Positions 34,600 to 49,800 of a DNA stretch of 64,000 nucleotides are shown one piece after another. Below the pieces are notes generated by a model. That model did not search any database. It had not been told where the DNA came from and saw only the letters and a program-made list of their open reading frames with translations. Each line of letters starts with the position of its first letter. The first letter of the stretch is position 1. Origin of the DNA: Azolla caroliniana (taxonomy: Eukaryota; Plantae; Polypodiophyta); contig JBHGNT010000004.1 in NCBI GenBank assembly GCA_043228905.1, forward strand, positions 20,274,001-20,338,000, read 5' to 3'. A program made the position numbers and the translations under genes.

Positions 34600-35900
34600 A
34601 CAACTTAATGAGGGGAATTTTATGGCTCAAGTTTATGTAGATGATTCATATTTAATGGCGCAAAATTATCTCCAAACAATGTTAGGAGTGATGTTACTCT
34701 TCATTTGTATGGTCTTGTTGTTGGGTTGCACATCAACTTCACTAAGTTGAAACTCTTACCATTATGTTCTTAGGATTGGCATGCACAAGTATTGCCCGAC
34801 CATAAAATTAGCCTTGACGAGATAGTAAGACATCTTGGATATCCACTTGGTTTTAATGCAACAGGCAAGAAAAGAGTTGGCTAGCTTCTACAAAAAGGTA
34901 GACAAAGGTTGAAGCCCTAGAATATCACATCCTTGTCATTACATGTATGCTTATGAATAATGCAATCAATATTTATCTTATTGATTGGTTTAAACAATAT
35001 TGTCAAACATAATCTTGGGAATTTTGGTGCTCCAAACATTTTTAATGAGGTGTAAGGTTTTTATCACAAGCTAATTCATGGATACTTAGACCTTCTAATG
35101 GATTAACTTTCCTTTATTTAAAGATGTGCATGTTGGCAAGGAAAGGTACATAGTCACCTTTGTTAGTCCAATGAATTGTCCCTTGGTCAAATATTGTTGT
35201 TGATATGCTAATGCATTTTTAATATCTTACTTTTGGTGAGTTAGTTTTCTAATCAGATTCTCCATGATTAGTTTCAAGAAGGCATGAATATTCATGATTT
35301 ATTATATGATAATATTGGGTCATCTAATGGTTCACTTGAGTTCACTTCATGATTTATTCGAGTGGCAAGGGATTGATATGTCCTTGAGCTTGTTGAAGCT
35401 TGTTACCACCATTATAGTTTATGTAGCCCACTTTTCTACGTTGCTAACTTGACGTAAAGAGTTTGGAGAGGTTCGCCACATTCAAAAGTTCTAACTAATC
35501 ACTTACAAGAAATATGTATCTGGGAAATTTAACAATGATAGAAAATGGTGTACCCTTAGCATAAACTTGGTTAACGTTTGGAAATTATTCCTATAAAACT
35601 TTTCTTGGACTTGTAGAGGAACATAAGATGGCAACACTATGAAATTCAAGAGTGTCCATTGGAGTTTGTTTTTTTATGACTCTTTACCTAATATGGATCC
35701 ACATATAGCACGCTTCATAGCCAAACAAGGTGTCAAATTAAGTTATGATGTTGTCAATGGGGAAGGAGATGTGCCAAGCTTTCGAGATGCAACAATATGA
35801 TACTATCTTAGCAATTATCACATTGTGTGCTACCATTTTCATTTTTTTATTGACAATTGAAGCAAGGTAACACGTCTACCTAGTTGTATTATCATGTCAT
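34600..35900 (+). mobile_element. Highly degenerate L1-like remnant
   Basis: Scattered motifs VYVDDSY (~34631) and VRHLGYPLGF (~34823); no long ORF; boundaries approximate. Confidence 0.35.
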
Positions 35901-37819
35901 AACATTTGTTGGCAATTCCTTCCTCCTTCTTGAGTAGTAGGCCATGGAAATTCTTAGCAAATCACTAAATCTATCGTATGATGGATGATAAGATTTATTG
36001 AACTTTGAAAATCAGTTTCAGCTTAAACAAGGGGTGTTCTTGTGCGGTAACATAGATCCGTGTTGTTAGTGTGAGGTAACATAAAGGGTCAAAAACAATG
36101 AATCACTATATGGACTTGCCCATCAACTCAAAGAAAATATTTGACTTAGGTTACCAAACATGCAGTTTGGGAAATCTTGTTGATTATTTGGTCTATTTTA
36201 CACTCATTTACATAACAATGCCATCTTTTACAACTATATCAATTTCCAAGTAGTATGGACTATTTTGATAAATTGAAATCATGTGCTATTTGATTAACCC
36301 ACCTATCCTTGACTTTTAGTTTTTCAAGTCCTCTTTGACTTGATCTCCTTTTTTCTCTAAATTGCAAAACAATCCCTCCACAAATATTTCAACTTTGGTT
36401 CGAGTGCTTTTTTGGGTTCTTGGTGTATATTCTTTGTTTTTTGTGGGTCGTCACAACACATTGAGGTTTACCAACAATAGTATATGTATTGTAAACGAAG
36501 GAATTTTGATTTTGTGGCTTTTTTTGCGGTAAGCATTTGAAATCTTAAGCAACATGCAAACTTGGGGCATTTTCCATTCCTATCAAGTTTTACTTACAAG
36601 CTTTTTAAGTTGCATGCAAAATTGTTCTAGTTCCTAGAAGCAAGGTGGTACTCAACCCCTAAATGATGGCATAGAAATTGGTGAGAAAAGAACACGGCAT
36701 TTCGAAGATATGAAATACATTAGAGGTGGAGTTGGAGACATGAGGTAAATGAAATTAACGAGTGGGCATACATCGTGCCACACAAGGACGAGAAGGTTGC
36801 TTGAGAAGTAAAGTGCCATTGTTTTCAACCCTTTGGTTATGGGAAGTGAACTTTTAAACTAATCTCAATGACACAAAAGTGTTAGGTAACCATCGTGTAA
36901 TGATGTGAAAGTCAAAATATAAACTAGTTTTTGTTGCAAACATAACATAGACGCATTTTTTACATTTTAATTGCATTTATTAAGTCAAAGGACACATGTA
37001 AAGGCAATGTTTTCACATTGCTTTCGAATTAAATACCTTTTGTTGGAAACAAAATACTAATTTGTCTTTACTGGAGAAACAATTAATGTCTTCTTTGGAA
37101 TAACAATAGTTGAAAATGCATTTATTGAAGCATATTCTGTCACAGACAACATATAAAGGCAATGTTTTCAAATTGTGGTTACGCGTTCTGATGACTTCTT
37201 TTGGAATAACAATAATATTCAGGTTCCAATTTGGTTAAGCGTACTGATGACTATATATTTACTGGAGATTCGGTTTCAAATTTGTTTGCAAGAACATGAT
37301 ATCATTAATTCCCAACAAAAACACTTTGTTCATCCACACTGTAAAGGAATTTTAAACCAACATTGCTAATGCATATGTCGCCTATATCCACACTCAAACT
37401 GAAGGAAGTACTTGCAGGAATTTCATGTATGCTTGTATAACCACCCTATGAGCGCATCTATACTTCGTAACCTATACTACAGTTCGGTTGTAATGAAGTT
37501 CAAACCCCTCAGGATTTAGCAGATTGCATTATGCATTAGTTCACCAGCCATCAGAACTTCAAGAAGAGTTGTAAGGGAGTAACCTCTAGACATAGTTAAT
37601 GGCTATTATTGCCTAATTCTGTTACCTGAACGTCACTGTTTCAAAAATGTGGTGTAAAACCTTTCAGGTGATGCAACAATATTGACAATTTATATAACAC
37701 TCCCAGGATATCTGTTTATGGTTTTGATTACATTTTTTAATAACAAAGTCCACATCCTCATACATCATGGATCATCCTCGCTAATGGTTCTGAGATGGAT
37801 ACATGAACAAATGAGAATG

Positions 37820-40800
37820 CTATGCCACAACAGAAGGTGGATATGGAGATTGTCGTGTTCTATTATGGTATTGGTCACCTCGTTGATGCATTGTTTGCAA
37901 TGCAGCTCTCCTCTTTTGAGCACATTCTACATATTCTTCAAGTGGTGGGAGACCATTAGGCATTGGATCACTACTACGACTCCTGATAAGCTGTGTATCA
38001 AAACAAAACAAAAAGAACTATGATGAGCAGCTGAAACGTATTGAGTTCATTCTTATCATCATGCTACAGAAGACAGCTATACAGAAGAGATGGCAAAACA
38101 TTAACCTTTGATGCCCATTGTCGTTCGGCTTGCTGGCAAATATCCCGTAAATCGCGACCAGACATCCTGCAAAAATTAATGTACAGAGAGCAGTATTGAA
38201 TTAACCACTTTAACCATGCTGTAATTCCCAAATGTCGCTCAGCTTTATTAAATTCCCAAAATGCCATAAAATTTGGAAATTTTGTGTAAGTTCAATTCCT
38301 TTGAGGCGTTTCATTGATATTTGTGTTGTACTTTTAATACCTATGTTTGTCAACCACATTAAGTTTGATCCTCGCTAATAAGCTTGTTAACCAATTACGT
38401 TTTCATCACGTGCAGTCTTTCAAACTGATTCTTCTTAAATTAGAGAATAAATATTGTGTATTTCTTCCACTAATGTGTAATTTAAGAAAACTCGTGCAAT
38501 TTTTGGAACCCTAATCAGTTAACAAGATATTTCGGAAGTTGTTACCGAGGCTGGTAATGAGGATTAAGTTAGATCAAGCTAGTGGCAGTTTTCCCGAAGT
38601 GATACTTATCTCGACAGTGAGTTCAAAGGATTCTTAACCAAATAAAATAATTACAGTATAACATCTTTATAATAGCTTCTAAAGTTGAATCTACTCACCC
38701 CTCGCTGGCAGCAGCAACAGCAGCCAACTTGGAAGAGGTTAAGCACATTTTTATCAAAAGAGCCACATAAATACCCAACTTAACCAAATGCCCAAAATGT
38801 GGGGCATTTTGTGAATTTCTTAAAATGAAATGGTAGTTTTCCCGAAGTGATAATTATCTCGACAGCGAGTTCAAAGGATTCTTAACCAAATAAAACAATT
38901 ACAGTATAACATCTTTATAATAGAGTCTAAAGTTGAATCTACTCACCCCTCGCTGGCAGCAGCAACAGCAGCCAACTCGGAAGAGGTTAAGTGACAAGCA
39001 TATTGAGCGGCTATTTCTTGACGTGTTTGTTGGTCAGGAAGTCCAAAAGTGATGGAAGAGTCGAAACGGCTGGAATACAAAAAGAAGTAATTGTTTGAGT
39101 ACACATATTAGGAATCTACAAGAGAACATCACTAGCCAATTGTCATATACAGAGTCACTAACCTGATCAAAGCAGGATCGAGATCTTCTTTTCTATTTGT
39201 TGCGGCAATAACAACTACTTTGTTGTCCTGTTCAAACCCATCTATCTAGAGCAGGAAGGATAAAAAAAGGTTAGCATATATAACATATATACACAGCTCT
39301 GAGAGAGAATTGTTTTCTGGTAATACACCTACATCTGTAGTTGGTCTTGGCCTATTTAGAGGATACCATACTGCTTTTCATCCAGACATAGGCAAATGAA
39401 CATGTAAACTGAAACTTATAATGTTTTGTAAGACTACATAGAGCCGCTCAGTTCGAGAAATTATCAGTACACCTCTCTATAGTAGTAGTTCTTGTAGTCA
39501 AGGTGTATCAGCTTCAGGCTATTCTATTAAATATATCAAGAGTTTGGTGGTATTTTGGTTTTTTTCCTCAATATTTTCTAAAACCTATATGAAGGAAAAT
39601 AACATGAAAAACAATAGCCAATTTCTTGATCTCTCTCTCCCCCAGCTCTTCGATACAATATGTGACCTATTATAGATTTTCAGAATATTTACCTGTCTAA
39701 GAAGAACAGAAAGCATCCGGCGTGTTGCTTCATGCATTTCATTGTCACGGGTTGTTGCTAAAGAATCAATCTAACATTGAAGTTGACAATGCATTTATTA
39801 AATGAAAGGAAACGTATTAGTAAGTTGAGCTTTGACACCATTCATCTGAAGAAATAAGAGGAATAGTGATAGAAACCTTATCCCTCTACCTCATCCAAAA
39901 ATATGATTGCTCCATTTTGAAGATCATTGGCTGTATTAAAAACTTTCCCAAGTGCTCTCTCGCTTTCACCATAATACTTAGACATTATTGCTTCCAGAGG
40001 CACATACAATAACGGTACACCCTGTCAAGAAATCAGTCCTTCAACCATACAGAATATGGAATATCACATCCATTCTTGTTGAATAGCTATGATTGGTAAT
40101 AATCATAACTTTATCATTTATGTACGGAATGTCTAGATCCATGGTAAAAACCAGAAAAAAAGGAAAGAAATCTAAATATTTATGATAAAAGGGAAAGCAA
40201 GTATATACAAAAGCTGACACTTATCAACATACATTGGGTGGACTAATCTTGTGGCAATCGAACTCATGTTATTAGCTCCAAAATAAGTTACAATTAATAT
40301 TCTTCAACTACAGTAGAGTGACTGTTGCAGTTTATTTTATTGCACAAATAAGTGGAACTGTCATTATAAGCATACCGCTTGGTCCGCTATGACACGTGCT
40401 GATGAAGTCTTTCCTGTACCTGCTCATAAATCAATATGAAACTTAACAAAATGTATACCAAAGGTTATGCATTCAGTTATGTGATTATATCCTTTCAGAG
40501 AATCTTTTTACCTGGAGGACCTTCAAATAGAATAGCTCGAGGACGATTGGATTCAAATTTGCGCCTTGTTCCACGTGCAATGCTATCATAGATTTCAGGG
40601 CATCGCAAAGCAAGAAGAATTGTGTCCTCAACCTCCCTGAATTATTCATCCTCTTCTATGTTAAAACGATAGCAGGACGGAAGCCAAAAGACATCCTATT
40701 TACATCCTCTATAAAGTTGGCATTCAAGAAGGATCTCATCAAGGTCACCTTTTAGCATAGTCACTTTGTCTAAAAGACCGTCATATTATCTTGTAACATT

Positions 40801-43800
40801 TCATGGAAAAACATTTTAAAGAAACTAACATGCAATGTCACCTTTTTTGTTCATGATAACCAGCAATGTTGTCCCAAGAAACAACATCCTTATCTGACAA
40901 TACATTTGAACTTTCCTTCCCATAGACTTTGACACCCATAGATTCCAAGGTTTCAAATATAGATTTGCTATTTTCATTCTTATTCTGCTTATGCTGCTTC
41001 TGGTAATGTTTCCTGGGTGCACTAGACTTTTCACTGCTGGCTAGACGCAGTGTACTAACAATTACATCAAGTTCCTCCTCTGAATAAAAACCTTTCTTTA
41101 GGAATTCAATCTCCTGAAAAATAAGCATGAAATAGAATAAAATAATGAGACATCATGAGAAGTATATATCCACGTATTCATAACCACACACACATATAAA
41201 TATTTTTAGTCGTTAGATAAGAAAGACAAGATTCCACATATATTCAAGGCCAATTTTGGTCTATGAGAAAAATCAAAGCTATAATATGGTTGCTCTGGAC
41301 ATCAACACAAAAAGATGCAATCATAATGTAAAATCAAAGACACGTACATGTCCTGGGCATCTTTGTTGGATGAGTTGCATACACTTTGGGAAGCACAGTC
41401 AAAACAAGCTGTTTGGTATGTTTCTTGTGGTTATATTTGTTCCTGTGGTTATACTTGTTTGGTATGTTTTCATTTAATATGGCCCAGCTCCCTAGATACA
41501 AGCTAGTGCTAGATGGTACTTATCTTAAAGTCAATGACACATACTTCAAGACTAAGTACATTGCAACTTGCCCACAAAATATTATTCTAGTTGACTTGAT
41601 TAGCCAATCCTATTAGCCTACTTCGCTCTTTCCTAAATACATCGTGTCCTACGCATCTACGATTTCCTAGATTGACACCTTATTGACCCATATGGTCCAG
41701 TTGCACAATAGCTACTCCTCATTTGGGGCGTCAATCTCCAGCCCAGTCAAAGCCGCAATACCCACTAAGTTCGTCAATTGTCGGCTCGTAGAAGATTCCG
41801 TAATTTAAAGTACCCACAATGTACTTTAATACACGTAGTGCAGCTTCCCAATAAGTCTCCTTCGACTTGTTGCTGAATCAACTCACCGCACCGACTGCAA
41901 AACAAATATTTGGCCTAGTGTTGCATAGGAAAATTAGACATCCTACTAGCTGTCTATACTTCCTTATGTCAAACATTGGTGACGGGTCTTCTTGGGATAG
42001 CTTGCAGTTTGACTCCATTCTAGTCGACTTTGACTTGCTGTCCATCATCCCAAAGGTCTTCAAGATCTCTGTTGCATACTTTCTTTGTGACATAAGATGT
42101 CAACCGAGGTTTGCCAAACCTCAATTCCAAGGAAGTAGTGTAGAAACCCCAAGTCTGTCATTTCAAAATCCGTTTTCAAACACTCGTGTGTTTGGCCAAT
42201 ACACTCTTCATGGTCACCAGTAAGTATTGGATCATCCACGTACATGGTGATGATGACTTGTTTCTCGTCCTTCATTTTGATATACATACTTGCATCTGAA
42301 GCACATTGCTTAAAGTCGATTGATTGTAAGAAGCTGTCAATCCTCTTGTTCCAAGCTCTTGGTGGTTGCTTTAGACCATACAGCGCCTTCTTCAGCTTGC
42401 AGACTTTGTTTTCTGAAATCGGCATCTCAAACACTGGTGGTTGTGTCATGTATACCTCCTCCTTTGAGATGCCCATTCAAAAATGCTGATTTGACATCCA
42501 TTTGATAAATCAACCATCCTCTTGAAGCAGCCAACGCTATGACCATTCCAATTGTTGTCATGCAAGCTATCGGGGCAAATGTTTCTTGTACATCAAACCC
42601 TTCAATTTGAGAGTATCCTTGCGCTACTAGGCTAGCCTTGAATTTCTCCAAAGAACCATCAGCTTTATACTTCACTTTCCACACCCACTTGGTGCCTAGC
42701 ACCTTCTTCTTTGTGCAGTTACAAGAGCCACGGACTAAGCTATGGTTATTTGATACACTTGTCACACCAACTCTTCTCTATGAGGTAGAGACATGGGGAC
42801 CGAGTCTTAACAAGGCAAATCATTGCAAAGATTTCGAGAGACCTTTAGTGTCAATGATTGCTCGCATGATAAGGAGCAAAGCATCGGTGCACCACGATAT
42901 AATCCGGGCAGAGATGGGAGCAGCACCTATAATAACCGAGGCGTTGTTCCGATCAGTGACATTTATCCAACGTCTTTGGGAGCTCCCTAAACGAAGGTAC
43001 TCAAGGTTGCAACATATGTCATCAAAACAACTGGCTGAAAATGAAGACACTCATTGTTGGTATGCTGAAATGCACCAATGGTTCGAGTCACATGGCATGA
43101 GCATAAATGCCCTACCCCCGTTCCAATATAGCTTGGACCGTCCCCATCTAAATATGACCAAAGTGGAAAAGAATAGAGTGATCTGAACTGATATTATTAA
43201 CTTGGAAAACAAGATAACATGGATCAGCCCCAATACCACTTGGTACAAAGATGGCCCACTATAAGACACACTTCTTACATACATCGGAGGATGGATTTGT
43301 CATCAGGCCACCTTATATGAACATACATCTATCCTATGCGTTGCGTAGTGTGATAGGGCAGCTGCGAACTTCATCACATCACCTACAGATTGAGGTAGGC
43401 AGATATACACGACTACCTCTAGAAGAGAGAATTTGCCAATTGTGTCATCAAGGAGTGGAATCTGAAGAACACTATGTTTGTCATTGTAGTGTCTTTTATG
43501 AAATCAGAGGGAGATACCATTGCCTCTTTAAACAAGGCTTTGGCCCACTATGCAAGGTAATGGAATATGAGGACCAACGATGCCTAGGACTTTTCTTGCT
43601 AGAGCTCAAGAGACATCGGGAAAAGTTGTTGAAGAATACAGCCACACAAGCTCATCCACAAAGAACAATCACAACTTTCTTTAGCCCCATCACTCCTAAT
43701 GCTAGAAGTCAACCCCGGGATACATAAATGGGCTTCAGACCAGGACATAACAAAGGGGTTACAATTGAACAGGCAATGACAATTTGCCGTGCACGTAGAC

Positions 43801-46800
43801 CTCGGCCCCATGGACGACAACCTCGACACCCTTGTCATCGACAGATAAAAGCCATTATCTCCCACCATCGTAGGTGCTTCCCTCGCTTCGGAGACATTTC
43901 CATTCTGGATCGACCTATGCTAGAGATCTTTCGAAGACAAGCTACAATATACCTAACTTGCGGATCTCACATGTGCCAAAAACCAGATTCCCTCATTTCT
44001 TTTCTTTTCATGTTATTTACTTTTATATTTACCTTGTAATATTTATTTTATTTTGATTTGTTCTCAAAGACGAGATAAAACTTAAGATGTAATCCACATC
44101 TTCATCTTATTTTCTTGATTCATCTTTAGTTCTACTAGGAGAGTTCTCAGCCACACCATCTCCACAACGCCTACAGCAATAGCTCTATATTCTGCTTCTG
44201 CTGTTGACCTTTCTACTACCAACTGTTTCTTACTCTTCCAAGAAACCAGATTGCCCCGAACATACATGCAGTATCCTGATGTGGATTTCTTATCATCAAC
44301 ACAACCAGCCCAATCAGAATTACGATAGCCCTCAATGTTCAAATGACCATGTTTTCTAAAGATCAATCCCTTCCCCGGGGCACCTTTGAGATATCTCAGT
44401 ATCTGGTACACTACATCCATATGATCCTTCCTCGAATCATGCGTGTAGCGACTTACCACACTTACTGCAAACGAAATATCTGGACGAGTGTGAGTCAAAT
44501 AAATCAGCCAACCTACCAATCTTTGATACCTTTCACGATCAACTTTCTCTCCTGCAAGTTCAGTTAACTTAATCTTTGGGTCAAGTAGAGAAGCTACAAG
44601 CCTATAACCCAACATTCCAGTTTCTATGAGAAGATCTAATACATATTTTTGCTGAGATAGAACAAACTCCTTCTGCCCCACGAGCTACCTCAATTCCAAG
44701 AAAGTATCGTAGCAACTCTAGATCCTTCACCTCAAACTCTTTACCTAGTTGCACCTTCAGTTGGGCAATTTCTCCTTCATTGTTACCCATGATAATTATA
44801 TCATCCACATACACAGCAAGTAATGTAGTATGCTCCTTTTGTTGTCGGAAAAACACGCTATGGTCTGCATTGATCTCCTGGTATTCCATACCCACCATAG
44901 CTCTTCTTAACCTATCAAACCAGGCTCAAGGAGATTCCTTCAGTCCATAAAGCAACTTCCTTAGTCTGCACACCTTGCCTATTGTTTGAATTGTACCAAA
45001 ACCTAGGGGGATATCCGTGTACACTTCTTCCATCAACTCTCCATGAAGGAATGCATTTTTTACATCTAATTAATGTAATTTCCAATCCTTATTCACTGCT
45101 AAGGAAATAAGTGTTCTAACTGTGGGTCCCATGATTGTCTCCAACAACTCATAGGAGTCCAAAATGGAGACATTTTGAACTTCCATAGAGTGTAGTTAGT
45201 TCAATTTAGCTTTCCATCAGACAATGGAGGTGGGCAAATGTGCAATGGAGCAGTTGCAACATTCGTGGACAAGGCCATTAATATTCTCTCTCTCTCTCTA
45301 TTTCTCTGTGTTGCTAGACAGCTACTAGCCGTATATACCTAATCTAGATCAACCTCTCAAATCTGATACCATGTTAGAAATATTGAGAATCGATTACATC
45401 GGTATATAGAGTTACAATCACAGAGATAGATATATGAAAACAAAACTTCTATTACATATGAGAGTAGCTCACAATGGTAGTTCACCCATGCGCTCACACC
45501 TTAGAGCTTAGATGGGATCTGGACCAGCTCACTACAAAATTAGTGGGGATTAATGATCATCACACCATTGTGTAAGAGAGTGGATTATATTCTCTGTTTG
45601 GTTTGAGTGTAACATTAAATGTGCATGTCAGTTTATAGTAGTGGAGATATTCCTCTTCTGTCAATTGACTTGTCATTTAATATGACCCAGCTACCTAGAT
45701 ACAAGCTAGTGCTACATAGTACTTATCTTAAAGTCAATGACACATACTTCAAGACTAAGTACATTGCAACTGCCCACAAAATATTCTTCTAGTTGACTTG
45801 ATTAGCCAATCCTATTAGCCTACTTCGCTCTTTCATAAATACATTGTATCCTACGTATCTAGGGTTTCCTAGATTGACACCTTATTGACCCATATGGTCA
45901 AGTTGCACAATAGCTACTCCTCATTTGAGGCACTATCACAAAATGTGCACTTTAAGAGTACATATGGGGATAGATTTACAACTTGGGGTTGATCATTGAT
46001 TATATCTAACAAGACATATTTGGGCCACTTGGCTAGTGTGAACCAACTCAATTCCCCAAAATTACATTCTATTAGCACAATGTACTTTTGCCTCTAAAAT
46101 AAAATTGGGACATAGTTTTAAGAGCTTTTGAGACATAATTGAGTCACTTGATCAGAGTGAACAAGCTCAAGTGCCCTAAAATCACATTCTATTAAGGTGA
46201 TGTACTTTTGCCCCGAAAACATAATATTTTTGGTGAAACCCTTCCTGTCTACTTTCACTACATCTCATCGATTTTCTCTATCCTATTAATCTTACTCCAA
46301 GTCCAGCGTTACACAAGTTGTACCAGAACAAACCTATTGGCCTCCTTTCAACTAGAATCAAGGGTACATTAACTCTCACAACAAAGGCACAGCAGACAAA
46401 TGAGTATCATTGCTAATACAGCTCTCAAAGAAATTGAAACTTTTTGGAAAAGTTTCATTACAAAAATAGGTCCAAAACATATTCACATTCCATTAAAAAA
46501 GAGGATGCTACACATCCTAACCTTCCAGAAATCAACACTTACGCCATCAAATCTTTTGATCTCATACAATGCTTTAAGATCACCTATAGTGTTAGCCATT
46601 TCACGCAAAATGAACTCTGAAAGCAAGTTAATTTCCAGAAATCTGAAATTGAAATTTAATAAGGATGTTACGCATCCTAACCTTTTAGAAATCAACATTT
46701 ATGTCATCAAATCTTTTGACATCATACAATGCTTTAAGGTCACTTGCAGTGCTGGCCATTTCCCACAAAAATAAACTCTGAAACTAAGTTAATTAATTTC

Positions 46801-49800
46801 TGAAGTGAAATTCCAGAAACCTGATATTTGGTTACAGCAATAAGAAAAAAATGTTGTATGTAAAAATAACCACTGGAAGGTGTTAGGCACGAAGAGAAAC
46901 ATGTGGAACAATTTTCTACTAAATTTGAATATACTTCTGTAACAAAGTTTTTTCTGTACTGGAATAATTGCAAATAACTGGTATTTGGAAAGAGACTAGT
47001 CAAACGCTTTGACAGAACTTGCATGGTCTAACTTGAATAAAGATAGCACTACATATATTCAAGTGGTTATGAACTTGTGATAGATGAAATCCTTATGAAC
47101 CTCAATAACTGCAATGATGCTTATGAAGTTAGGGAAAAGCTAAAAGCCACATATGGAAACATTGCGCCTATAAATCAAGGGAATTTAATGAGAATGCTAC
47201 TGTCTATGCAATTGGATGAGTCAAAAGAGTGCCAATGAGCACAAATCCGCTTCCAATAGCATATTGTTTCGATTGAAAGATTTAGGCATGCAAGCCTTTG
47301 ATGATAGGCAGAAGGCCCTATTCCCTTTTAATGACTCCTCTTGACAGTTGGGAGACATTGCTAGTGTCATTTTCTAATAACTCCAACTCACGCTTGATCC
47401 AGCTAAAGGCTCTATCTAAAATAAAGAGAGAAGAAGAAGCTTTGCTAGTGTTGTTCATGGAACGTGTAACACAAAATCTGAAGCACAATGAAGAAACAGG
47501 AACAAGAACAACTGTGAGTCTAATAACACATGCTATATTGTATGAAGAAAGTCTACAAGAAGCCTACAGTGAAAAAGAACTTGAATGTAGAAAGAATATC
47601 GATGACAAGAAGGATGCAAAAGAGACCAATTCTAATTATACAAATAGATCTGAGGGCATAGAGAAGGTAAATTTGGTCTCTGATGTGTCTGAAGAGCTAT
47701 ATTATGCAAAGAAAATTCTTTGTGCCACATTGTCTTCAGATGATGCAACTTAAAATAAAAAGTTACTCGTAATGACAAGTTAACATAAAGAATTGTACTC
47801 GTTGTCAGGTCTCCTAGGCCATTATGGTCATTTAGAGACTTCAATGTGTTCTTCTTTCTTCCTTCCTTGTATATAACAGGAGTCAGAGTGCATAATAAAG
47901 TCACTGATCATATGCCTAAGAGTCATAGTGGACTGTGAAGTGTTTCCCTCTTCTCCACATGGATACCCAACATTCCTACCACAGAGCAAAATATATGCTG
48001 CTTCTGCACCCGAACCAAAGAAAAACAACAGAGTCAACAAAGTCAGCATACAACATGATTTGCATGATTTTGAAAAAGAGAAAAACTCCAATGCAATCTA
48101 TATTTTAATTGAGAGCTTCCCTTTTTAGCACTCCCTTTTCTTAGTATGGTACCTTCAAAGTTACCAGGCTGATATGTTTACAAGCATACGAGATTGGATA
48201 TTAATCTGTTTTTGAAAACTTATGCATATTGATATGGCATGGTATATACTTCTTTTCCTCATAAAATAGGGGTTTATATTAACAGATGATAGAAAAAATA
48301 GCTTCATAATAAATAATGTGAAATCACTCTTACTGGGAACTTTTCTCCTATGAGTGGCTCAAAAATTCCTATGCAAAGGCCATTGGATGAAACAGGTGCT
48401 CCACTCCTGGCACTCTCCACAAGCGTTTTTTGATTTTGATAATCAGGATGCTCTAGTGTAACTACTTGAGCCACCACACTGCAAACAAAATTAATCTTAG
48501 CTTCATTCTGAACACTCGAGCTTAATTATACATATTCATTAGAAAATATCTATGATTCCAGATGATAATATTGGACCTCTCTGATGCAGAAACAATCATT
48601 TTCCCATCATATTTTTCATTATTAAGCTTCCCAACACGAGCTACAACATCTACAACCACACACCAAAGGTCGCAAAGTGGGGAGACTGGAATCTTGATAG
48701 AAACCTGCAGGAATAAAACATATATAAATTTTACCTTTGTTTGAGGGTGAGCCGAATCTTTTCAGGTCGTCTTGTGTCTCTATATATATACTCCAAAAAT
48801 AGAACCTTGAATATCAAAAATGTTGGTAATATGGCCCCTATAGTATATTCCGGTCATTTTGGCCTCCTACGATGCGAATAATACATTATCATCTCTCTCA
48901 CATCTAACAATCAGCAATGGTTCGGTTCAGTTAGGTTCGGTTCAAGAGTGTCAAAACTGAACCGAATTGAAACCAGACCATTTAAAAAATTTTAAACCTG
49001 AACCGAACCAACCCGAACCATGAAACCGTTAAACAAATTAAACCATTAAAACCACAGTTTGGTGGTTCGGTTTCGATTTTTCAACTTAGGTCAAAAAATC
49101 AAATTTTTAAATTTTAAATATTTCAAAATTTTAAAGATTTTCCTAAAATGTGATAATAAGGCCTGAAAATGAAAAGATTGTTTAAAAACAATTTTTTTAA
49201 TTTTTTATAAATTAAAAAAAAAACCATTAAACCATTTAAACTGTTGAAACCAAACCTGAACTGAACCGTTAAGACGTTAAGCCGCGGTTTCACGGTTCGG
49301 TTCAGTTCAAACCGAACTGTTGCCAACTGTTACTCACATCTCAGGCATGGTCACACATATCCAATGGCATGTTCTATATGTTCAATTTATATCGGGCTTA
49401 CACATATACCGCCTTACAAATATTGTTTACATCAAACATATATAATAAACTCACATCCACAGAATGGCATAAGACTGTTTTATGACATTTTGGCAGAGAA
49501 ACATGCTAAATTTATTGTAATAGTAGTTTGCAATAAAATGTAATGACCTATAACCAGCAATCTTGTCAGCAAAAATATGCATTCGTAAGTTTAGTAGCAC
49601 AAATAAGGTGGAGGATAAACACCAATAATATGGAAAAGTTTACCTGTTCACCTTTCGCAGAAACTACATATGGTGACAGGGAAGATGCAGAGAGTTTAAG
49701 GGACTTCAGCCTCTCCTCTATGCCCTTTTCAACCTGCTGCATTACTTTTTCTGGTTCTTCAAAATCTTCTGAAAAAGGTATACCAACCTTCATGTTGTCA

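Noticed and set aside
41470-41728. 258-bp repeats as LTRs of one intact retrotransposon
   Set aside because: No clear TG..CA ends, no adjacent PBS or PPT, and the interior is a mixture of unrelated elements.
47828-48091. 87-aa minus-strand ORF with a signal-peptide-like stretch
   Set aside because: Intronic; the hydrophobic run comes from a T-rich tract, and the AAA exon chain is complete without it.
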